DNA of 64,000 nucleotides from Rhodospirillaceae bacterium (GTDB lineage Bacteria; Pseudomonadota; Alphaproteobacteria; UBA6615): NCBI GenBank assembly GCA_018667335.1, contig JABIVD010000007.1, positions 80,425 to 144,424 of the forward strand, read 5' to 3'. Shown piece by piece: positions 56,778 to 64,000 of this stretch (position 1 is its first letter; each line of letters starts with the position of its first letter). The notes under the pieces were generated by a model. It saw only the letters and a program-made list of their open reading frames with translations, ran no database searches and was not told where the DNA came from. The position numbers and the translations under genes were made by a program.

Positions 56778-58499
56778 TCAGGCACCTCCCGCGACATTCT
56801 TTACCGGATCGGTCGAGAATTCGATTCCGCCGCTTTCCGTGTGATGCAGGCGCGTCACCTTGCGCCAGTCGGCATCATTCGGCTCGGGATAATCAAGCCG
56901 GTAATGGGCGCCGCGGCTTTCCTCGCGCTCCAACGCAGCTGTCGCGAGAATACGGCCCAGAAGTGCCAGGTTGCGGATCGAAAGCGCGCTCTCGATTTCC
57001 TCGCCCCGGCCCTTGCCGGTCTCGCGGGCCGCTTCGGACAGCCGCAGGGTCTGCAGATCCTCGTTCTCGATACGCTCATACTCGGTCAGCGCCTCGCGCA
57101 GCGTATTCTCGTCGCGAATCGGGCCCAGCTTGTCATGGGCCAGCATCCGGCAATGCATCCGCACATCGCCCTGGAACGGGCCGTCGGTCCGCTCCATCAG
57201 GCCGGCGAGCCACTCACGTTCGGCTTCGGGGATCGCATTGTCGCCCAGGGTCGGAACCGAGACCGGCTCGGAGCCGACAAGCTCGGCTGCCTTGCGGCCG
57301 GCGCGACGACCGAACGCCAGCGAGGCGGCCAGTGCCGACCCGCCGATGCGGTTGCCGCCATGGATACCGCCGGCCGTCTCGCCCGCGGCGAACAGGCCCG
57401 GGATCGAACTCTGGCCGTAGGTGTCGACGTCGAGGCCGCCGAGCCAGGTGTGGCTTCCCGGCGCAACTTCGAGGGGCGTCTTGGTGATGTCGATACCCCG
57501 ATGCAGGCAGGTCTTGTAGACGTGCGGGATCTGCTTCTGGATGGTCTCGATCGGGATGGCCGTGGCATCCATGTAAATGCCGCCCGTGGAGCCGGCGCGG
57601 CCCGCATGGATTTCCTTGGCCATCGCCAGGATCACCTCGGAGCGCGATGACTTCTCGGCCGTGTCCGGGAAGTAGCGCTTGAGGAACTCCTCCCCGTCCT
57701 CGTTGCGGAACACCGCACCGGCATTGATGAAGCCGGTGGGATGCGGCGCGAAGCCGAAAAGTTCTTCCGGCGAGCAGCACATGGCCTGGAAATCGATCAT
57801 CTCGATACCGAGCAGGTCGGCACCCGCGCGGAAGCCCATGACATAGCCGTCACCCGTCACCTGCGGCGGGTTGTCGTTCACATAGAACAGGCCGCTGCCG
57901 CCGCCGGTCGCAAGGATCACCTGCTGCGCGGTGTAGATCACCAGTTTCGCGTTGCGGTAATCCACGCCCCAGGCACCAACGACGCGCCCCTCGTGTTTCA
58001 CCAGATCGACGATCGCGGTCAGCGAATGCTTCTCGATACGGTCGTCGCCGCGCAGGCGCTTCGACAGGACCTTGGTCACCATGTTGCCCGTGGTGTCGTA
58101 GTGATGGCACGCACGCGGATGGGAGTGGTTGGGGAACATCTTCAGGTCGAGCTCGCCATCCTCGCCGCGGATGAACTCGGCCCCCCATTCCTCGAGGTCC
58201 TTCACGATCTGGACGATATCCTCGCACCAGGCCCGCGCCATCTCGGGATCGATCAGCTCGCCGCCATATTTCAGGATGTCTTCCAGATGCTGGGCGGGAC
58301 TGTCGTCCTTGCCCATCGCGGCGGCGAATCCGCCGCGCGCGACCGTCGTTGTGCCGCTGGTCGCGCGGCCCTTGGTGACCTGGATCGTCTTGACGCCGGC
58401 TATGGCGCACTCAAAGGCGGCCATGGTCGCCGCGGCACCGCCGCCCACGATCAGGACGTCGGTCTCAAAATGTTCGACCTCAATGGAAAGGCTCATCAC
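56778..58499 (-). CDS. FAD-dependent oxidoreductase (fumarate reductase/succinate DH flavoprotein / KstD-like)
   Basis: DVLIVGGGAAATMAAFECA dinucleotide-binding N-terminus. 573 aa. No adjacent Fe-S or membrane subunit. Confidence 0.7.
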   Translation of the reverse strand: MMSLSIEVEHFETDVLIVGGGAAATMAAFECAIAGVKTIQVTKGRATSGTTTVARGGFAAAMGKDDSPAQHLEDILKYGGELIDPEMARAWCEDIVQIVKDLEEWGAEFIRGEDGELDLKMFPNHSHPRACHHYDTTGNMVTKVLSKRLRGDDRIEKHSLTAIVDLVKHEGRVVGAWGVDYRNAKLVIYTAQQVILATGGGSGLFYVNDNPPQVTGDGYVMGFRAGADLLGIEMIDFQAMCCSPEELFGFAPHPTGFINAGAVFRNEDGEEFLKRYFPDTAEKSSRSEVILAMAKEIHAGRAGSTGGIYMDATAIPIETIQKQIPHVYKTCLHRGIDITKTPLEVAPGSHTWLGGLDVDTYGQSSIPGLFAAGETAGGIHGGNRIGGSALAASLAFGRRAGRKAAELVGSEPVSVPTLGDNAIPEAEREWLAGLMERTDGPFQGDVRMHCRMLAHDKLGPIRDENTLREALTEYERIENEDLQTLRLSEAARETGKGRGEEIESALSIRNLALLGRILATAALEREESRGAHYRLDYPEPNDADWRKVTRLHHTESGGIEFSTDPVKNVAGGA

Positions 58500-59776
58500 G
58501 TTGCTCCGGATGTGCGGGTGCCGCCCGGTGCGGACCCGATGATTTCAAGAAAGGCCGCCACGCAGGCATCTGCAAAGGCGGCATCGTTTATGTGGCACGG
58601 GATTTCCTCGACCGTGCCGCTGGTCAAATTCTCACCCAGGGCCCGGCTGAACGCCCGGTCGGTCTCGGGCTGCTTCCAGTTCCCCAGCTCATTCTCGGCG
58701 AGGTCGTACGTCTTGCGCTTCGTGTGCTCGCTGTAACCCTCAAGCGGCACCAGCACGCGAATGGGCCCCTTCGCGCCATTGAGGCGTTCGGCGAATGCCC
58801 GGCCGAGCTCGTCCATCTCGTCGGCATTCGTGCGCATCAGAAGGTTCTGCGCGTTGTACTGGAAGAACTCGCGTTCGCGATAACGCTCGGGGACCTGCCC
58901 GGTCCAGAAATTCGAATGGTCGATCGCGCCGGGCACGACGACCTGCGGCAGCCCCATGGCGCCCGCAGCCGTCAGCCGCTCGCCGCCTGCGTCATACACG
59001 CCGTTGGTGACAAAATCCGTGAGCTCATGGGTGGTGATGTCGAGCACCCCGGCCAGCTCGCCTTCGCGCGCCAGCCGCTCGAGCGCCCGGCCGCCGATGC
59101 CCGAAGCGTGAAACAGAATGACCTCGAAGCCCTGCGCCTCAATCTGTGCCTGCACCCGGTCGACGCACCCCGCCGTCCCACCGAAGGACGAAATCGCGAC
59201 CAGCGGCGGGTGATCTTCGGTCTGCGCGGCCTTGCCGGCCCGGTTACAGGCCGCCGCGGCCACACCCACTGCCGCATTCTCCATCGCCGCTTTGGTGATC
59301 CGGTTGAGCGCCACGTCGCCGATCGAGGCGTGCATGGCGATGTCGGCTTCCGCCACATACCACTGCACGGCGGCGGTCGCGGCGACGGCGCTCACCATGG
59401 CCTTGGGTACCAGATAGGGCAGCGCACGCATGATCGCACAGGCCATGGTCGTGCCGTTGGCGCCGCCCAGGCCGATGGCGCCGGCCAGCTGTCCGTCGTC
59501 GAAACGACCACGCACGACCTTCGTGGCACCCTCCAGCATCGCATCGGAGGCGGCGCGCCGGTCCATCTTCGCAAGGGCGTCCCAGCTGTGCCCGCCAGCT
59601 TCCGCAACATCGCCGCCGGTCATGTCGGCACCCTCACTGTCATGGGGCATCAGGGAAAGGTCGACGATCCACGGCGTGGTACCGGCACTCGCCAGGCACG
59701 ACGCGACAAACAGCGCCTCGGGCGCCTTGGTATCCATCGTCACCAGGATGGCGACAGTCGGTTTTGCGGCGGACAT
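58496..59776 (-). CDS. UPF0261 (Tm-1-like N-terminal domain) family protein
   Basis: VAILVTMDTKAPE...AIGLGGANGTTMACAIMRALPYLVPKAMVS matches UPF0261 consensus features (from memory). Overlaps the flavoprotein gene by 4 nt. Confidence 0.65.
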   Translation of the reverse strand: MSAAKPTVAILVTMDTKAPEALFVASCLASAGTTPWIVDLSLMPHDSEGADMTGGDVAEAGGHSWDALAKMDRRAASDAMLEGATKVVRGRFDDGQLAGAIGLGGANGTTMACAIMRALPYLVPKAMVSAVAATAAVQWYVAEADIAMHASIGDVALNRITKAAMENAAVGVAAAACNRAGKAAQTEDHPPLVAISSFGGTAGCVDRVQAQIEAQGFEVILFHASGIGGRALERLAREGELAGVLDITTHELTDFVTNGVYDAGGERLTAAGAMGLPQVVVPGAIDHSNFWTGQVPERYREREFFQYNAQNLLMRTNADEMDELGRAFAERLNGAKGPIRVLVPLEGYSEHTKRKTYDLAENELGNWKQPETDRAFSRALGENLTSGTVEEIPCHINDAAFADACVAAFLEIIGSAPGGTRTSGAT

Positions 59777-59826
59777 TGCGGGCCGTCTCTTCCCTGTTGT
59801 GTTCTGCGTGCGGGTTTATCACATGC

Positions 59827-59842
59827 CGCGATCTCGATCGCG
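59827..59842. promoter_or_regulatory. perfect palindrome CGCGATC-TC-GATCGCG in a divergent promoter region
   Basis: 7-bp arms with a 2-nt spacer, lying between the UPF0261 operon (minus) and the CitE-like gene (plus). Candidate operator. Confidence 0.2.
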
Positions 59843-59989
59843 ACGCTGAACCGCAAAAAACTTGTTCCGGTTTTTCCCGGTCACGGGCTGATTTGCGCCG
59901 ATAATAGCGGATGGAAGAGCGTCTCGAAACATGCTCAAAGAGTTTGTGCAGTCGATAGTCTACGCAGAACAGACAGATTGAGATCACCC

Positions 59990-60844
59990 ATGCCCATTTC
60001 CATTCAGCCCCGCCGCAGCTTCATCTTTTCCCCCGGCACAGATCCATCGATGTTCACAAAGGCCCTCGGGTCGGGTGCGGACATCGTCTGCGTCGAGCTC
60101 GAAGACGGCGTCGCGCCTCACGACAAGGACGCAGCGCGGGAGAATATGCTCGGGATCTTCGCCGAGGCGCAGGCCGATGACGGGGTCGAGCGGATCGTCC
60201 GCGTGAACGAGATTGGCAGCACCTACGGGCAGGCGGATCTCGAGGCGATTTACGAAGCCAAGTCCCCGCCTCCGGCCCTGATGCTGCCCAAGGTCAATTC
60301 GGCCGAAGAAGTGAGGTCCGTCTCCGACAGGCTCGACGAACTCGGCCTGCCGGTCCGGTTGCAGATCATCATCGAGACCAATCACGGGCTCGAAGCGGCC
60401 TATGACATCGCCCATGCCAGCAACCGCATTGATTCCCTGCTGTTCGGCGGCGTCGATCTCGCCGCGGATCTGCGCTGCGAATACGCCTGGGAACCGTTGC
60501 TTTATGCCCGTTCACGGGTCGTCCACGCGGCCGCAGCCGCCGGGGTCGACGCGATCGACGTGCCCTGGCTCGACCTCAAGGATTTCGATGGCCTGCGCCA
60601 GGAAGCAGAGGCCAGCGCGCGCCTGGGCTTCACCGGCAAGGGTTCGATCCACCCCAACCAGATCGCGATCATCAACGAGATCTTCTCACCGAGCGCGGAC
60701 GAGATCGCCCATGCCCGCAAGATCGTGGCGGCGTTCACGGAGGCCAACACAGGCATCGTCGTGGTCGACGGGAAGCTGATCGAGCGGCCGGTGCTGCGCA
60801 CCATGGAGCGCATCATCGCGGTCGCAGACCGGGCAGACGCGTAA
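59990..60844 (+). CDS. HpcH/HpaI aldolase / citrate lyase beta (CitE)-like acyl-CoA lyase
   Basis: Internal ATG of the long ORF 58592..60844. IVCVELEDGVAPHDKD...LMLPKVNSAEEV is CitE-like. Confidence 0.75.
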   Translation: MPISIQPRRSFIFSPGTDPSMFTKALGSGADIVCVELEDGVAPHDKDAARENMLGIFAEAQADDGVERIVRVNEIGSTYGQADLEAIYEAKSPPPALMLPKVNSAEEVRSVSDRLDELGLPVRLQIIIETNHGLEAAYDIAHASNRIDSLLFGGVDLAADLRCEYAWEPLLYARSRVVHAAAAAGVDAIDVPWLDLKDFDGLRQEAEASARLGFTGKGSIHPNQIAIINEIFSPSADEIAHARKIVAAFTEANTGIVVVDGKLIERPVLRTMERIIAVADRADA

Positions 60845-60852
60845 ATCCGGAA

Positions 60853-62265
60853 CTAGGACGCGAGCGGCGGTGTCCCCAGACGTTGCCGCGCGGTCCCCAG
60901 AACTTTCTCGAACGCCCGGGCGATGGCCACGGCGCGCGCGTCATCACCGCCCGCACAGTTGATCTGGAGCCCGACCGGCATGCCCGCCGCGTCGAGTGCC
61001 ACGGGAATGGTCACCGCACTCATCGCCAGCAGATTGGCCACGGTCGTATTTCGCGCGGCCATCAGATTGGCCTTCATATAGGCCTTGGGATCCTGCACAT
61101 CGGCGATCTTCGGCGGCGTGATCGGGATCGTCGGCCCGACGACCGCATGCACGCCGGCTATTGCGGCGTGGGCGGCCTGTGAGAGTGCCGCCATCCGGCG
61201 TAGGCGTCCGTGATATTCGGCCGCGGTCAGGGCCGTCATCTTGTCGAAACGCGACCCCACCATCGGGTCGATATCCTCAAGGAAGTCCGGCAACACATCG
61301 TTGATGAAGCTGGCAAACTCGAAGGCCGAAAGGCCGCCGGTGCGGAAGATCTGATCGACCTCGTCGAGGTCCGGAATCTCTAGTTGCGTGATCCGCGCGC
61401 CGGCCGCTTCCAGTTCCGCCAGCGCCGCCCGCACGCCTTCCGCGACGCCGGGGTCACAATCGGCAAAGAAGGTCTCGCAAACGCCGACCCGGAAATCCCC
61501 GACGGTCGCCGTTTCTATGTCGGCCAGGAAGCTGGTGGGGTCCGGACTGACGTCGGGATCGATCACCGAAAACGCCAGCGCGGCGTCGGCAACGGAGCGT
61601 GCAAGCACGCCGGGCGTATCGAGCGTGCTGCTCAGCGGCGTGATGCCCTCGAGCGACCAGCGGCCCTGAGTTGTCTTGATCCCGACGGTCCCCGTCATGC
61701 TCGCCGGCATGCGCACCGAACCCGCCGTGTCGGTGCCCATCGCCAGCAGCGCCGAGCCCTCCCACAGGCTGACCCCGGCACCCGCGCTGGAGCCGCCGGG
61801 GGCGCGATGATCGTCGGCATCCCACGGGTTGCGTGGTGTCCCCCAATGGGGGTTCGTACCCAGTGCGCCGAAGGCAAACTGGACGGTATGGGTCTTGCCC
61901 GAAACCGCGGCAAGCTGCCCGCGCAGAGCCCGGATCACCGGTCCTTCGTGGCGCCATTCCTGAGGCAATTCTCGTGGCGATCCGGCAAACGTCGGATAGC
62001 CGCGAACGCCGTACAGATCCTTCACCGAAACAGGAATGCCTTGCAGCGGCCCGAGGTCGAAGTTGGCCGCAAACGCCCGGTCGGCGATCTCCGCTTCGGC
62101 GCGAAACCGCGCCGGGTCCCATGTCTTGTAGGCCCCGAATGTGGCGTCGCCGGCCTCGTGGTTGGCGATCGCGGCTTCGGCGAGCGCGGCCGCGCTCGTC
62201 CGGCCGCCGCGCAAATCCTCCGCCAGTTGAAGGACGGTGCGATCTTCTAGAGCAATATCAGGCAT
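60853..62265 (-). CDS. amidase signature family amidase
   Basis: GGSSAGAGVSL, VKDLYGVRGYPT. 470 aa. Confidence 0.8.
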   Translation of the reverse strand: MPDIALEDRTVLQLAEDLRGGRTSAAALAEAAIANHEAGDATFGAYKTWDPARFRAEAEIADRAFAANFDLGPLQGIPVSVKDLYGVRGYPTFAGSPRELPQEWRHEGPVIRALRGQLAAVSGKTHTVQFAFGALGTNPHWGTPRNPWDADDHRAPGGSSAGAGVSLWEGSALLAMGTDTAGSVRMPASMTGTVGIKTTQGRWSLEGITPLSSTLDTPGVLARSVADAALAFSVIDPDVSPDPTSFLADIETATVGDFRVGVCETFFADCDPGVAEGVRAALAELEAAGARITQLEIPDLDEVDQIFRTGGLSAFEFASFINDVLPDFLEDIDPMVGSRFDKMTALTAAEYHGRLRRMAALSQAAHAAIAGVHAVVGPTIPITPPKIADVQDPKAYMKANLMAARNTTVANLLAMSAVTIPVALDAAGMPVGLQINCAGGDDARAVAIARAFEKVLGTARQRLGTPPLAS

Positions 62266-62403
62266 CGGCTGAATCCAACTTGGGCTTGGGCATCATTCTT
62301 CATCCACTGGAGAACAGGAGTATATTGCGCCGGCCACTCGCCGGGCAGTCTGTTTTTTGTCTATGGTGCGACCAACGAGAAAAATGTTTTGGGGAGAGTG
62401 AAA

Positions 62404-63471
62404 ATGCCGGCCGACGCAAACACGATGCAACGCTACACCCGCGACCAGATCGAGGCCTTCATGACGCGGTGTTTCGCCGCGACCGGCATGCCCGATGCTG
62501 ACGCCGCCAAGGTGGCCAATCTGATGGCCGAGGGCGACATGCTCGGCAAGGACTCCCACGGCATCTTCCGGCTACCGGGATACATCGGGCGCCTGAAATC
62601 GGGCGGCTTCAACCCGACGCCGGACATCAAGATCGAGAAGGAACGCACCGCGATGGCGCTGGTCGATGGCGACAACGGGATGGGTCATCTCGTGGTCCAC
62701 AGGGCCGCAGAAGTGGCGATCGAAAAAGCCAAGACCGCCGGCGTCGCCTGGGTCGGCCTGCACAGCTCGAACCATGCCGGTGCGGCCGGGGTCTATTCCA
62801 ACATGGCGCTGGATCACGACATGATCGGCCTCTACGTGGCAGTCGGCAGCGCCAATCACCTGCCGCCCTGGGGCGGTACGGAGGCGCTGCTCTCGACCAA
62901 TCCGATCGCCGTGTCGGTCCCGGCCGACAAGGAAGATTCCATCGTCCTCGACATGGCGACGACGGTGACCTCCTACGGCAAGGTCAAGGTCTACGCCCAG
63001 CGCGGCATCGAGATGCCGGAGGGCTGGATGGTCGGCCATGACGGCAACCCGCTGACCGACGCGAGCAAGGCCGACACCGGCTATCTGCTGCCCATCGGTG
63101 GCCCCAAGGGATACGGTCTGGCGTTGATTTTCGGCATCCTCGCGGGGACGCTCAACGGCGCCCATTTCGGCAAGAATGTCGTCGACATGAACGCCGACCC
63201 GTCATCGGCCACCAACACCGGCCAGTTCTACCTGGCGGTCAATATTTCGGCCTTCATGGATGTTGGCGATTTCAAGAAACAGGTCGATGCGGTGATCGCG
63301 GAGATGCATGGTTCACCGACCCTGCCCGGGGTCGAACGGGTCCGTCTGCCCGGCGAAGGCACCCACGCCGCCTATGCCGACCGCACAGCAAACGGCATCC
63401 CCCTGCCCGATCCCCTGCTCGAGAACCTCGCGAAAGTGGCGGACGATCTTTCGGTTGATCGGTTAGGCTGA
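62404..63471 (+). CDS. Ldh_2-family (malate/L-lactate dehydrogenase type 2) oxidoreductase
   Basis: DSHGIFRLPGYI and HSSNHAGAAGVYS are Ldh_2 signatures. GGGGAGAG SD before ATG 62404. Confidence 0.75.
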   Translation: MPADANTMQRYTRDQIEAFMTRCFAATGMPDADAAKVANLMAEGDMLGKDSHGIFRLPGYIGRLKSGGFNPTPDIKIEKERTAMALVDGDNGMGHLVVHRAAEVAIEKAKTAGVAWVGLHSSNHAGAAGVYSNMALDHDMIGLYVAVGSANHLPPWGGTEALLSTNPIAVSVPADKEDSIVLDMATTVTSYGKVKVYAQRGIEMPEGWMVGHDGNPLTDASKADTGYLLPIGGPKGYGLALIFGILAGTLNGAHFGKNVVDMNADPSSATNTGQFYLAVNISAFMDVGDFKKQVDAVIAEMHGSPTLPGVERVRLPGEGTHAAYADRTANGIPLPDPLLENLAKVADDLSVDRLG

Positions 63472-63521
63472 TTCCGCCTTTGGCGAAACCCCAGGCACCG
63501 CTGATTCATGCGGTCGCCTGG

Positions 63522-64000
63522 ATGACGGGCACGCTCTTGTCGTTCACCCTCATGGCGATCGCCGTACGCGAGCTGTCGGGCGACATCCACAGTTTCCAGA
63601 TCATGTTGTTCCGGAGCATCGGCGCGCTTTTGATTCTGCTGCCCTTTGTCATGATCATGGGCCGTGCGATCTGGCACACGAATAACTTCAAGCTCCAGTT
63701 CGGGCGCAACTTCGTTCATTTCGCCGCGCAACTGGGCTGGATCACCGGGGTCGGCCTGTTGCCGCTGGCCGAGGTGTTCGCGATCGAGTTTACCGCACCG
63801 ATCTGGGCAACGATCCTCGCTGTGCTGTTTCTGGGTGAACGATTGAACCGGGGACGGATCGTCGCGGTGGTCTTCGGGTTCGTCGGCATCCTGATCATCC
63901 TGCGTCCCGGGGTCGCGGTGATCGACCATGGCACGCTGGCCGTTTTGGGTGCCGCCGTGGGTTTTGCCATGACTCTGACGATCACCAAACACATGACCCG
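63522..64000 (+). CDS. DMT/EamA-family transporter (5'-partial, runs off window)
   Basis: Manual translation gives MTGTLLSFTLMAIAVRELSGD...ILRPG, with multiple TM helices and an EamA-like repeat. No stop before the window end. Confidence 0.55.
   Translation, partial: MTGTLLSFTLMAIAVRELSGDIHSFQIMLFRSIGALLILLPFVMIMGRAIWHTNNFKLQFGRNFVHFAAQLGWITGVGLLPLAEVFAIEFTAPIWATILAVLFLGERLNRGRIVAVVFGFVGILIILRPGVAVIDHGTLAVLGAAVGFAMTLTITKHMT

Noticed and set aside
53996-57650. ORFs 53996..55276 and 55227..57650 (+ strand)
   Set aside because: Antisense to the PEP-utilising, M24 and flavoprotein genes, with low-complexity translations. Spurious.
58592-60844. 750-aa + strand ORF spanning the UPF0261 gene in antisense
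   Set aside because: Only the last 284 codons (from ATG 59990) have a recognisable family (CitE-like). The upstream part is antisense to a well-supported minus-strand gene. High-GC genomes generate long spurious ORFs.

Overview
High-GC (~65%) chromosomal segment with alphaproteobacterial-style gene order, inferred from msbA-waaA-lpxK, lspA followed by a DUF3035 lipoprotein, and egtB-egtD. About 58 protein-coding genes are supported. No rRNA, tRNA, CRISPR array, transposase or integrase was recognised. Core housekeeping genes are msbA-waaA-lpxK, an M23 peptidase, xseA, purD, tadA, rluB-like, rsmD, mutL, pgi, an M16 peptidase pair, ribF-ileS-lspA and pyrD. There is an egtB-egtD ergothioneine operon and a redox block of two quinone oxidoreductases, a YciI-like protein, TetR and an SDR.

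The most notable region is a ~9.5 kb compositionally atypical island at about 41.45-50.95 kb, with visibly lower GC (roughly 52-58%) and few spurious overlapping ORFs. It encodes a secreted protein, an OmpR-type response regulator and a histidine kinase, then a translationally coupled 4-gene operon: a small GNAT-fold T_hemolysin/LuxI/FeeM-like candidate acyltransferase, an ANL adenylate-forming ligase, a heme-oxygenase-like diiron (HDO/CADD-like) protein and an SDR. A STAS-less SulP transporter and a membrane-bound class III adenylate cyclase with a periplasmic sensor follow. I interpret this as a candidate undescribed small-molecule or signal biosynthesis and signalling module.

Downstream (51-64 kb) is a high-GC accessory metabolic cluster. 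Its most unusual member is a two-domain PEP-utilising protein with a (His-Asp)n linker encoded by a (GTGGTC)n hexanucleotide repeat.

Coordinates derived from my own nucleotide counting may be off by 1 in places. ORF-track coordinates were used wherever possible.
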